A stretch of DNA of 64,000 nt, from positions 324,880,001 to 324,944,000 of the forward strand of contig OZ024742.1 of NCBI GenBank assembly GCA_964016885.1. The letters are read 5' to 3'. Source of the stretch: Eledone cirrhosa (Eukaryota). A model generated the notes under the pieces. It had not been told where the DNA came from and made no database searches. It worked only from the letters and a program-made list of their open reading frames with translations. This document shows positions 16,845 to 29,516 of this stretch, piece after piece. The first letter of the stretch is position 1; the number at the start of each line of letters is the position of its first letter. A program made the position numbers and the translations under genes.

Positions 16845-18568
16845 TTATACTTCTCTTAGGTCAGTGTTGTTTGTTTGGGTGTTGTTGTTCCACTCATTCT
16901 TTCTGTTTAGCTTTGGTCTTCTAATTTCTATTTCACTGGCCTCTCTGATTTGCCTATCTGCTGGGACATTCCTATGTTTAGATATTATTCTAATTTCTAT
17001 GTTGTCTATGTTACCGTCATGTTGTTGTCTAGCATGTTCGTATAGTACTGACCCGTTTTTTCGTCCTTTTAGTTCCCCCCAGTGTTGGTCTATCCGTTCA
17101 CCTATGCTACGAGCTGTCTCACCTATGTATGTTGTTGTCATGTTTCTGCAAGTACCCTCTGTACATCTTATGCTATAGACTACGTTTCTAGTTTTACAGT
17201 TTATCCGGGGGTTCACCTTACATATGATACATTTCCTATTGGTACAGTGGGTTTTCTTAAAAGGGTAGGTTTTGCTGATCAGGGATTTGATGGTGGTTCC
17301 TGGCTTTTCTACCACCTTTATTTTTAAGTGGGTCTTTCTCAGGGCCTTTCTACACTGGTTAGCTAATTTTCCTCCAGGGGTGGCGTCCACAAACATGACA
17401 CTCTGATATCTCTGGTTGTCGTACCATGATGTGGCCTTCCCTATCTTATGTCTAGCCCTATCTAAGCTATTCCATGATTTGCTCCTGTATAGTGGGAAAA
17501 TTCCTTTCATGTCCAGTTCTATGAGGGTCTTATACTTTTCCATGGCTCCTTCGTATACTCTGACTCTGTCTCTTTGGTTGTAGCCAGAGAACTGCATGCG
17601 GTTGATGAAGTGTTGGATGTGTCCTTCCATTTCTGTTGGGTCGCACATGCTGGACACATTCTTCATCACTCGTACCAAATCTGCGATCAGAATATTAAAC
17701 TTAGCACTACTGGACATTGCTGAGTTTTTGAGTATCAGGTATTTGGAGGCCATGGGTTTAGCATAGTGTGAGTGGAGAATTTGGGCTCTCTCGTCTATAG
17801 TGTTAATCCAGAGTTCTGTGTCTAATACAGGTAGTCTATTGTTAGGGTGTGTGGAAGGGAAGTCTATAGTTACAGTTATACTCTGGTGTATGGAATTAGC
17901 TATCTGCTGTATGCTATCCATCGTGCTACGTTCTAAATCAAACTTGTTAGTGCTCTCTAGTGGGGGTGTTCTTATAACTATATTGATATCGTCTACATAA
18001 CGAGAGTACATGATGAGGTCTATGGAGCTTTCATTAAGGAGATCTTTAAGTCTCCTTTCCCACCATACCATGAAAAGGTTGGCAACATCACCAGCTATGC
18101 TGACGCCGATGGCTGCTCCCTCATTTTGGGTGTAGATTTTCTCATTGAACTTAAATATGTGGCCCTTTAGGGTAGTTTTGATACTAGCCCCTATTGCATG
18201 TGCGACCATTTTTCTTACCTGATCAGTGTTTTGGGGGGTCCGTATAGCTTTGGTCCACCCAATCCACCTTCCTATGGGAGTCTTTTTAGCCATTGAGGTT
18301 ATGGTGGGGGGTCTACCTCTTATAGGTCTACTAGGGCAGAAACATCTAAGGTCATGGCTGTCTAGGTAGTCAGTGTCGTAGGTAAGTCTAAGTAGGAGGC
18401 CCAGTTCGTCTGTGTCGACTCGCAGAACTCCACCTCACTCTCAATGATCATCTCCACACATCTTTTCACAGCAAAATCAATGTTAATGGATGGGTACAGT
18501 GACACCACATCCATGCTGCCTATTATGCAGTTGGATAGGCTCCTGTTTTTGTTGCACTCACTGATTCT
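16845..18568 (-). pseudogene. Penelope-like RT plus GIY-YIG endonuclease (one frameshift near 18420; 482-aa open segment)
   Basis: GSMDVVSLYPSI (motif A), QNEGAAIG (B), YSRYVDD (C), Cys-rich linker CTNRKCIIC..C, and VVYSIRC...YIGET..R..QH...E...LN (GIY-YIG). Confidence 0.92.
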
Positions 18569-18646
18569 GACCCTCCCCAAATATAACAATATCTGTTTCG
18601 ACACACGATTTCATATAAAAAACCTCGCAAAACTAATTCATCGCCG

Positions 18647-18701
<55 letters not shown>

Positions 18702-18711
18702 GAATGTATGC

Positions 18712-18936
18712 ATGTATGTATGTTTCTCTTTCTCTTAATTTCAAGTACATTTTTGACCGGCCACCTTCCTGGTGGCAAGGTTGTAAAAGAAAAGAAATTG
18801 TCATTCCTCAAATCGTAAGAAGGTTTTGCAAAATTTGAAGGTGCCAGCTCTCGCAGCCATTTATAGTCTATGAATTATGGAGCTGCGTACTTTGTCCTCA
18901 ACTCCAAGTTCAGTTACAGTTTGGTCCAAGCGGGTT

Positions 18937-19003
<67 letters not shown>

Positions 19004-19195
19004 CCTGTAGCTCCAATGATGATGGGTATGAATCTGAAGGTGTATCTTGGATACTGGATCTACAAACTCCTCATCAATGATCCGTAGATGTCCTCTTCTT
19101 GTATTTTTCTTACAACGTTGACATCAAGTGGGCAGCTGATCTCTACAACAGAGTACGTTTTCAATGTGTGGTCACAAACAACACATTCAGGCCGT
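18712..19195 (-). mobile_element. 3' end of an R4-like (restriction-like endonuclease) non-LTR retrotransposon in (CATA)n
   Basis: RPECVVCDHTLKTYSVVEISCPLDVN..KIQE..YGSL...YPRYTFRFIPIIIGATG..IPTRL...LG...GTFKFCKTFLRF resembles the PD-(D/E)xK C-terminus. It has a (CATA)n tail and a (TA)n expansion inside the coding remnant. Confidence 0.72.
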
Positions 19196-19306
19196 ATGTA
19201 TGTATGTATGTATGTATGTATGTATGTATGTATGTATGTATGTATGTATGTATGTATGTATGTATGTATGTATGTATGTATGTATGTATGTATGTATGTA
19301 TGTATG

Positions 19307-19882
19307 ATATAACACCTGCAACCCTGATGGTATCCAATGATGTTGACTTGTTCTTCTTTTTGGTAAATATCATCTTGGTTAAGAGAGTGGGACTGGCTTT
19401 GTGCAGTGCCTTTGCTCACTATAAAAGCTTCACAGCACAGGCATTGCTTTATATCTGGAGATCTCTCTGCACTTGTCATCACATGGTACCATGGGCCCTG
19501 CACTATGTGTCAATAATGGTCACAAGTGTAGTCTTTGTACCAGAGTTTTCAAGTCGCTGGCTGGACTAAAAAGTCACGTTCGTTCAGCGCATCGGTAGGG
19601 GTTCTCCTACATGGATATAAAGTAGTGGCCGTACTCGAAAACGAGTTGGCAGCCACCATGTATGTATGTTTGTATATCTGGAGATCTCTCTGCCCTTGTC
19701 GTCACATGGTACCAAGGGCCCAGCACTATGTGTCAATAATTGTCACAAGTGTAGTGTTTGTACCAGAGTTTACAAGTTGCTGGCTGGACTAAAAAGTCAC
19801 ACCCGTTCAGTGCATCGGTAGGGGTTCTCCTACATGGATATAAAGTAGTGGCCGTACTCGAAAACGAGTTGGCAGGCACCAT
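19307..19882 (+). mobile_element. Two head-to-tail 5'-truncated copies of a non-autonomous RTE derivative with (ATGT)n tails
   Basis: Matches the 33789-35182 units. Encodes CSLCTRVFKSLAGLKSH, the RTE-type C-terminal zinc finger. Confidence 0.8.
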
Positions 19883-20326
19883 GTATGTATGTATGTATGT
19901 ATGTATGTATGTATGTATTTATGTATGTATGTATGTATGTATGTATGTTCCTCTGGTTTTATAATTTCACAAATTTTTTCCAATGGAAAGAGAGTCGGCT
20001 TTTAACATAGTTACAATACTGTCTCATTTGAATTTACACAGCATCAGCTAGGTAGATATGCATGCATGTCTGCATGCATGCATGTGTAGTTATGGACGTT
20101 ATTGTATGTTTTGAGTTGTATGTGTGCATGTATCTGTACATGTGTGTAAGCGTATGCATGTATGTATATATATATATGTATGTATGTATGTATCATTTTA
20201 TTTCATCGTCTATCTTCTGTTGAAGAATTGCTGTCCGAAACGTTAAAATAATATAGATCACAGTAGGATAGTAGCTCTCCGTCGTGTTTCGACCCTAACC
20301 TTTCACAAATACACACACACACATAG

Positions 20327-20360
<34 letters not shown>

Positions 20361-20640
20361 GAGAATGTATATATTTATTTAATATAACAACGAGTTCTAT
20401 ACGACTAAAACTGAAATGCCCAGGGAAGATATTCCAGATAACGTAAAACAAATGACACAGTTCCGGCCCTGTAGAAGCCTTTTCTATATGAAAATATACG
20501 TATGTATATTTATTCACACACACACACACGCGCGCACACCCACACCCACACGCGCGCGCGCGCACACACACACATACACACGCACACACGCACATACACA
20601 CACACACATTATGTTAGAATAGTTTCTTTTATTTATTTAT

Positions 20641-21180
20641 TTAAAGCTGGTGCAGTAATGCCACAGATTCACCATTCAGTAATGAGAAAAGGGAGGTAGG
20701 CGTAAAAGCCAAACTCGCTGTCTTCAATTCGGTATTCGTGCAAATCCTTACCTATGGTCATGAATGTTGGGTAATTACCGGAAGAATACGATCCCGAATA
20801 CAAGCGGCCGAAGTGGGGTTCCACCGAACGGTCTTTGGAGTAACATTGCTCGATAAAGTGCCTAGCTCGGAGATAGAAAATCACTCCTGGTAGATCCGCT
20901 ACTTCTCCAAATTGACAGATCACAGGTCCGATACTATGGGCATGTGGTTAGAATGCCTCAGGAAAGAATTGTTGGACAGATTTTACGGGTGAAATCAACA
21001 GGTAGAAGTCCCAGGGGTAGACCCCGAGCAAGATGGTTGGATAACATCCGTAGTTGGTCACGTTTGGCGATGCAGCCGGATCAGTTGGAGGTGGTTGCTT
21101 CTGACAGGACCCGTTGGAGGGATTGTTTGAGGAATCTGCCCCAACGATCCTCTCAGGAATAAATGGGCGAAGAAAAGATC
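20641..21180 (+). pseudogene. RTE-clade LINE 3' ORF fragment
   Basis: KAKLAVFNSVFVQILTYGHECW...RIQAAEVGF...HVVRMPQERIVGQIL...GRSPRGRPRARWLDNI...DRTRWR. Confidence 0.82.
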
Positions 21181-22270
21181 TACCTACGAATTTATTACAG
21201 CGTTTTGTATATTATTTCGTGGATTTTAAAACCATATAATGTATTTTTACACATTTCTATTGTTATTTTCACTTTATACTTCTGTATCACATTGGTTGTT
21301 CTCTTTACTCTGTCTATGCTCTGGTTGTTCTTCGGTATCTTCACTTTGCTCCTCGTAGTACTTTAATATGTTTAATGTGATCTATCATCAACTCTATCCC
21401 TTTTAGTTGTAAATAATAATTGGTAAATACTCTACGATTTCTAATACGTTATATCTTCTTTAAAAATATGGAGAGTCACAATATACCGAGGGTCTCTTTA
21501 CAAAATGTTCATTTAAAGCTTCATGTTAACATTTTTAAGTGCATCAATATCTTTAATTATTTCAATGTGATATGTGGTGATATGATAGAAAATTGATTTA
21601 TCATAGTGTTCATTATAATAGCCTACATGTCTTTACTCCTATAGAACTATCATTAACAATCACAAACAAAAGCTAGACTATATTGCTCTGACAAAACCTT
21701 TAGATGTTTTTCTGTCTTTCGCAGGAAAACATAGCATGAGTTGTTTTTGCTACAATTGTAATTCATAGTAAACTCTAGTGAGTTTGCAATCTTATTTTCC
21801 TTTTCATTTTCTAATTTTTGGCTTCATTTTTATTTTTAAGTTTTGACATCCCATGCACTTGTATATACTCTCGATATCATAGCAAGTGCATACAACACAT
21901 CTTACAATCCTCCTTTCGGTCACGATTTCAGTTCTTTTCTCTTTATTTCCCTTCCTTTCTTCTAATAATTATTTATTATTTTTTTTATTTAATGTTTTAA
22001 TGTTTTTAGGGATAAATATGGAAATTGGTATTATATACTGTTATATATTTATTCTGAAATCAGTCACGTTTTATACCTGTCCGATGTGGTGAGAAAATTC
22101 CTTCGAGACATGCTGCAAATAATTATGCAAATTTAATCGCACAAATTATTATATAACACTGCAGTTGCGAGCAAGATTGTTGCATCAATGGTCGTCTCGT
22201 AACAAACGGATGTTATAATGTAATCTATCTTAATTTTTAAATTATATAGATGTATATATATATATATGTA

Positions 22271-22565
22271 CTTTGTTTTTGAATTTGTGTTGTAAGATTC
22301 CTATCTGAAAACGTGTGTTGAAACAGATATTATACTTTGGGAGGGACATGTTGCCAATAAAAACACACGCACTTGTTCGTTTTCACTTGTAGGAAAGAAT
22401 AAAGAAGCGGCACAAAATAAAACCCCAGTCATTGAGGAGGTCACAGAATGGGCGATGAAAGAGCTTTAACAATATATAAACAACCATCCGATTATCGAAC
22501 CAACCAGCCAAACGGGAATGTATAATAAATATTGGCAGCATGACCCTCCCAGAGTATAACAATAT
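22271..22565. mobile_element. Tail-to-tail PLE remnant with degenerate HHR
   Basis: An inverted terminus at about 22280-22388 is followed by a plus-strand 3' end (GTCA-TTGAGGA...GAAAGAGCTT...GACCCTCCCAGAGTATAACAA) running into (TA)n. Confidence 0.7.
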
Positions 22566-22592
22566 ATATATATATACGCACGCACACACACT

Positions 22593-22667
<75 letters not shown>

Positions 22668-23082
22668 TGGTGGTGCCCAGCATAGGAGCAGCCCGATGGC
22701 TGGAACAGGTATTAGAGTAAAATAGTATATGTATATATATAAAAGGAATATAATGAAACGAAATTTCATTTCTCACTCTTAGTACGGCACTTACTTAAAT
22801 GTAAGTATGTATGTATGTATACGTACATACATATATGTATACAGACGTACAGCAGCATGTATATATACACATACATGCACACATATATATATGCATGTAT
22901 CGGTTTACTCATTTTTGAATCATGCTTCTTATCAGATATGTAGCAAGAGAGCTATTTTTGTAATAATGAACCGAGCATTATAATAAATGTTCGGTAAACC
23001 GATACGTGCATACATATATGTGTGCATGTATGTATATATATACATACTACTATACGTCTGTATACATATATGTATGTACGTA

Positions 23083-23396
<314 letters not shown>

Positions 23397-23400
23397 CATA

Positions 23401-23651
<251 letters not shown>

Positions 23652-24690
23652 CTGTGGGTGGGTGTGTGTGTGTGTGTGTGCGTGTGTATCATCTCACAAA
23701 ACAGACGTTCCTAAGTTACTTGTACGTTTAAAATGGCAATCTTATCTCATTCATTATTACAAAAAAAGCTCTCTCGCCACATATCTGATAAGAAGCATGA
23801 GTCAAAAACGAGTAAGAGTGCATGTGTTCGTGCGGTCGTCAAGCGGTAACCGCTAATCAGTCTAAAAGACACTACGTGAAATTAAAAAGGAAAAATACGG
23901 TTTCATTGAAATAGTTCTAGCTATAATATATCTGTGAAAAGATGGACCGTAGTGTTAACACACCTGGGCTAATTTGTTCTTTATCAGCAGCTATAAAAAA
24001 CATACTCTATATCATACATACCCATGTGGATCAACATGCAGTTATAATCATTGCATTCCAGGGACACATCACATATGAGTACATCTGCACGAATTCAATT
24101 AATCTGCTAGAAATAGCAGCGAAATCCTTCATAGCCAATACCATACTCTCTAAGCTACATTAATGAACTTGTTGGATAATGTGACCCTGTATTTCCTATA
24201 TATATGAAAAACATAGTTATGGTTCTAGTTCTATGACTTTGATCATTTGTTAGGTTGATCACGGGTGATGTGCTACCTAACAACAGCAACAACAAGCAGT
24301 TCCAAGTAATGCGCCAACGAAAATGACTACGTAGTCAATTCACTTGCTAGAAATAGAAGCCAAACGTCCTCGATACAAAGATAGAGTACTTAGCACAAAT
24401 TCCAAAATAGCTTTTCTCTGAACGCATTGCAGGCAACATTTTATGTGTGTATGTGTGAATATATATATATATATATATATAGTATTAAGGGTACTATTTA
24501 TGGTTATGTATGCAATAAAACCTTTGATGGTAATATATTATATATACACAAACCCTAAATAGTGAGAGATAGTCATTAATTATTATCCTATTACCAGTAA
24601 GATAAATAGCTCAATGTAATAACATCAGTTGTTTTACAGAGCAGTTATATAGAGATTACAGTAATCAAAGTTCAGTTTAAGTCATTTATT

Positions 24691-24737
24691 TGCTTACAAT
24701 TGTTTCCTCCAAACCGAGGTTTGGATTCTTCGGAGTA
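24691..24737 (-). ncRNA. Minimal type-I hammerhead, CCGAAGA core
   Basis: Reverse complement of 29174-29220. Confidence 0.7.
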
Positions 24738-26416
24738 ACTATTTATAACATACTTGACCTCCTTTTCAACCCAAGAGACACATAAAACATATGCGCATAT
24801 TGATCAACAGTGGGGTGACATTCATCAAATGATATAGCATGGCAGTTTACATATAAAGGTTACAGGATAAAAATAAAATAAAATAAAAACAAGAGTGAAA
24901 ATAAGAGTGAAAATAAAGATAAACATGAAGCGTTGGCAGTCTATGAAGATAAAGCAAGAAGAAAGCTTAGAGTAGTCAGTGTATGAAACAATCTCCCGTG
25001 TAGCATGCACGCGTGTCTTATCTATACATGATTAGAGTGCGTCAGAATGATATTTGCAGGGTCAGGCAGCTGAAGCAGGCAATCGATCTTATTATATAGG
25101 CTGAATTATTAAGTAATTTATTGTCATACATCTGTATGATATACAGTCTCGGATGCTGGGAAACGCCAAAATATCAAAAACCTTCAACATACTATAAACC
25201 TTATTGTATCTTAGGCAAGGTCGTACCACTGTCCTTGCTCACACCACCACTCACATAATCCATGAGACGCAATATATATATAGATAACACGCGTCTATCG
25301 TATAATTCGCAGTGGTTCAGCATATAGTCAAGCTATAAACCGTATCCAGTCGGTTCTTAATTAATATATCATGCTGTCCAGATTCCGGAATTGCCTGAAT
25401 GACTAAGGGGAATTAATGCGCAAGGGGAGGTAACTAGCTAGTTATCTTAGTTACATTACTATGCTAAACTACATTAATGGTGATTCAAATACGTGCCTAT
25501 CATGTGAAGTTATAACTAATATCTAGAGTATGTTACCCATTTATAGGTTAGAGAGTTGTCCATTAAGAAGTACAAGGGTGTATATATTAGGATGATTACC
25601 ATCCATTAATTAAGGGGTGTCATATCTGAACGTTCCATAAGAGGAGTCAGACTCTCAAGTCACTGCTCCATGCAGATGTAATATAACAGTAGGACATGGT
25701 ATGGTCCCACTATTATATATGCCACCCGGTAGGCTCCGGGTCATTGCTTGCCTGCATCTCCAGTAAATCTTCGGTATGGTCCGGAGATCCAATCTCTCAT
25801 ATAAATGCACTAGTCTGGCCATCAAGCAATAGACAACCCCCGTCTCAAATATAAATCAATTATGTATCACATCTCCAAGCTAGAGTGGAGTCTATTAATA
25901 GGTATTAAAGGAGTCCACATCAAGATGATTACGTGCATAATTCAATGAACTGATCGCTTACAGTCTATAATCACTTAACAATACGATTATCTATCTAATC
26001 ATCAATCTATCTCTTGGTGGTAATCCATGCACAGGACTATGCTATCGCAACCAGTACCGTGTCACCAATTTATACTAATCTTATATTTGTGCAATGCAGA
26101 ATAAGTAGTCCACGGTCGAGATATCAGTATTAGAGGTACAAGGGGGTATTCCCAGGGTATGTGGTACTAAAATGCTGTCATTATTATCTTTAGAGTATAG
26201 AGATGGGTGTAGATGTGAGGTGTACGGTGTGCTACTGATGTTAATTGCTAGAGGTGGTGCCGGTTCCAGTCTGACATTATTATATATAGGGTTTAAAGTT
26301 TTGGAACGAGTGTCGGAAGCGGTGTTGGCAATTTGCGAACACTTCTGATTTTTTATTAAGGAGATTATGTTTAGAGAAGATGATAGTATGGGTCTCTAGT
26401 AGACAGAGGTTACAAT

Positions 26417-27631
26417 AATCGTAAAACAATAATCACCTTTGAGGACCAATTATGGACCCGCAGGGATACGCAAAACAACTTCGACATTACTATGGGGTCT
26501 AGTGACTCGGCGCAGGTCACTGATTTGGTTGGCCTATACTTACTTAACCTAATCCACAGGGAGCTTCCGTACCTCAGCGGTGGTTTGTATCGCGACGATG
26601 CACTTCTACTTATAGATTATAAAAAATTCAATATAGAAAGGACTAGAAAACTATTGCACAAAACATTCAAAAACTTTAACCTTAGTATTACCATGGGCAA
26701 AAACACCAAAAACAGAAATGACCATAGGAACATTAAAGGAAACAAATCACCAGACATAAAAAACAGAAATAGAAGAAGAAATAATACAATTTTCAACCCT
26801 CCTTTCAATTTAAACGTCTCTACCAACCTTCCTAGGGCTTTCTTCTCACTACTAGATAAACACTTCCCATCCGGCCATAGGTACCACGGCCTTTTAAACA
26901 AAAACACTATTAAGATCTCATACTCTACTACGCCTAACTTAGCATACCACATAGCTAGTACAAATAAAAGAAAAATTAATTCTTACTTCCAACAAACTAA
27001 ATCACAACGGTCGATAAACCTTCAAAATAACATTCAAAATAACAGTCAAAGTAACATTATAACAAATAACCGTAATATCAATGGAAATAATAGTAATAGC
27101 ACTAGTGGAAACATTAACGCTGCGTACCACAACCCGCATAACCATAACCCTATAGCTAACCTCCAAACTTCTACACAGCATAGTAACCGGCAGACTAGCA
27201 CCCAGAGTAATTGTAACTGTAGATCAAGTAGAACCTGCCCTTTAGATAAAAAATGCTTAACCAAGGATATCATATACTCATGTACAGTCACAACTAACAG
27301 CTCTTCTGAAACCTACATAGGCTCCACTTCTAACTGCTTCAAAACTAGATACAATTCGCACCTCCACTCTTTCAAAAAACACAACTCCACTTCACTATCT
27401 AGCTACATACAATATCTAAAAACTAAAAATAAAATATATACACTTAAATGGGAAGTGGTAGGTAGTGCAACATCGTACAAACCTCCTGATAAATTTTGTA
27501 ACCTCTGTCTACTAGAGACCCATACTATCATCTTCTCTAAACATAATCTCCTTAATAAAAAATCAGAAGTGTTCGCAAATTGCCAACACCGCTTCCGACA
27601 CTCGTTCCAAAACTTTAAACCCTATATATAA
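26417..27631 (+). pseudogene. 5'-truncated PLE RT (YRDD) plus GIY-YIG, with in-frame loss of the RT thumb
   Basis: FDITMGSSDSAQVTDLVGLY, GGLYRDD, FNPPF, CNCR..CPL..KCL, IIYSC..TYIGST..FKTRYNSH, CNLCLLE, LNKKSE..CQH. Confidence 0.9.
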
Positions 27632-29173
27632 TAATGTCAGACTGGAACCGGCACCACCTCTAGCAATTAACATCAGTAGCACACCGTACACCTCACATCT
27701 ACACCCATCTCTATACTCTAAAGATAATAATGACAGCATTTTAGTACCACATACCCTGGGAATACCCCCTTGTACCTCTAATACTGATATCTCGACCGTG
27801 GACTACTTATTCTGCATTGCACAAATATAAGATTAGTATAAATTGGGGACACGGTACTGGTTGCGATAGCATAGTCCTGTGCATGGATTACCACCAAGAG
27901 ATAGATTGATGATTAGATAGATAATCGTATTGTTAAGTGATTATATACTGTAAGCGATCAGTTCATTGAATTATGCACGTAATCATCTTGATGTGGACTC
28001 CTTTAATACCTATTAATAGACTCCACTCTAGCTTGGAGATGTGATACATAATTGATTTATATTTGAGACGGGGGTTGTCTATTGCTTGATGGCCAGACTA
28101 GTGCATTTATATGAGAGATTGGATCTCCGGACCATACCGAAGATTTACTGGAGATGCAGGCAAGCAATGACCCGGAGCCTACCGGGTGGCATATATAATA
28201 GTGGGACCATACCAGGTCCTACTGTTATATTACATCTGCATGGAGCAGTGACTTGAGAGTCTGACTCCTCTTATGGAACGTTCAGATATGACACCCCTTA
28301 ATTAATGGATGGTAATCATCCTAATATATACACCCTTGTACTTCTTAATGGACAACTCTCTAACCTATAAATGGGTAACATACTCTAGATATTAGTTATA
28401 ACTTCACATGATAGGCACGTATTTGAATCACCATTAATGTAGTTTAGCATAGTAATGTAACTAAGATAACTAGCTAGTTACCTCCCCTTGCGCATTAATT
28501 CCCCTTAGTCATTCAGGCAATTCCGGAATCTGGACAGCATGATATATTAATTAAGAACCGACTGGATACGGTTTATAGCTTGACTATATGCTGAACCACT
28601 GCGAATTATACGATAGACGCGTGTTATCTATATATATATTGCGTCTCATGGATTATGTGAGTGGTGGTGTGAGCAAGGACAGTGGTACGACCTTGCCTAC
28701 GATACAATAAGGTTTATAGTATGTTGAAGGTTTTTGATATTTTGGCGTTTCCCAGCATCCGAGACTGTATATCATACAGATGTATGACAATAAATTACTT
28801 AATAATTCAGCCTATATAATAAGATCGATTGCCTGCTTCAGCTGCCTGACCCTGCAAATATCATTCTGACGCACTCTAATCATGTATAGATAAGACACGC
28901 GTGCATGCTACACGGGAGATTGTTTCATACACTGACTACTCTAAGCTTTCTTCTTGCTTTATCTTCATAGACTGCCAACGCTTCATGTTTATCTTTATTT
29001 TCACTCTTATTTTCACTCTTGTTTTTATTTTATTTTATTTTTATCCTGTAACCTTTATATGTAAACTGCCATGCTATATCATTTGATGAATGTCACCCCA
29101 CTGTTGATCAATATGCGCATATGTTTTATGTGTCTCTTGGGTTGAAAAGGAGGTCAAGTATGTTATAAATAGT

Positions 29174-29220
29174 TACTCCGAAGAATCCAAACCTCGGTTT
29201 GGAGGAAACAATTGTAAGCA
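29174..29220 (+). ncRNA. Minimal type-I hammerhead, CCGAAGA core, palindromic stem III
   Basis: TACT-CCGAAGA-A-TCCAAACC tc GGTTTGGA-G-GAAA-CAATTG-TA-AGCA. Confidence 0.7.
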
Positions 29221-29252
29221 AATAAATGACTTAAACTGAACTTTGATTACTG

Positions 29253-29376
<124 letters not shown>

Positions 29377-29474
29377 TCGGTTAATTTAATTTATTCGGTC
29401 CTTAATGTTGCCATTGACTGACCAACGGTCAAAAATACAGATACAATATAGACACAAACACATATATATAGTTT

Positions 29475-29516
29475 ATCAAACTTCTTTCGTTGCACATCTG
29501 CAACATCGTCAGTGGT
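29475..29516 (-). ncRNA. Hammerhead-like motif (extra nucleotide after A9)
   Basis: ACCA-CTGACGA-T-GTTGCA gatg TGCAAC-GAAA-GAAG-TT-TGAT. Confidence 0.55.

Larger units (their letters stand above)
16322..18646 (-). mobile_element. 5'-truncated PLE (family B) with an inverted 3'-tail piece at its 5' junction
   Basis: RT plus GIY-YIG body at 16845-18568, 3' region with HHR, and an inverted terminus GACCCTCCCCAAATATAACAATATC... at about 18569-18646. (TA)n on both sides. Confidence 0.9.

Noticed and set aside
19307-19882. CRISPR-like or satellite array interpretation of the repeated units
   Set aside because: Units are long, variably 5'-truncated retro-copies with simple-repeat tails, the context is eukaryotic, and there are no cas genes.
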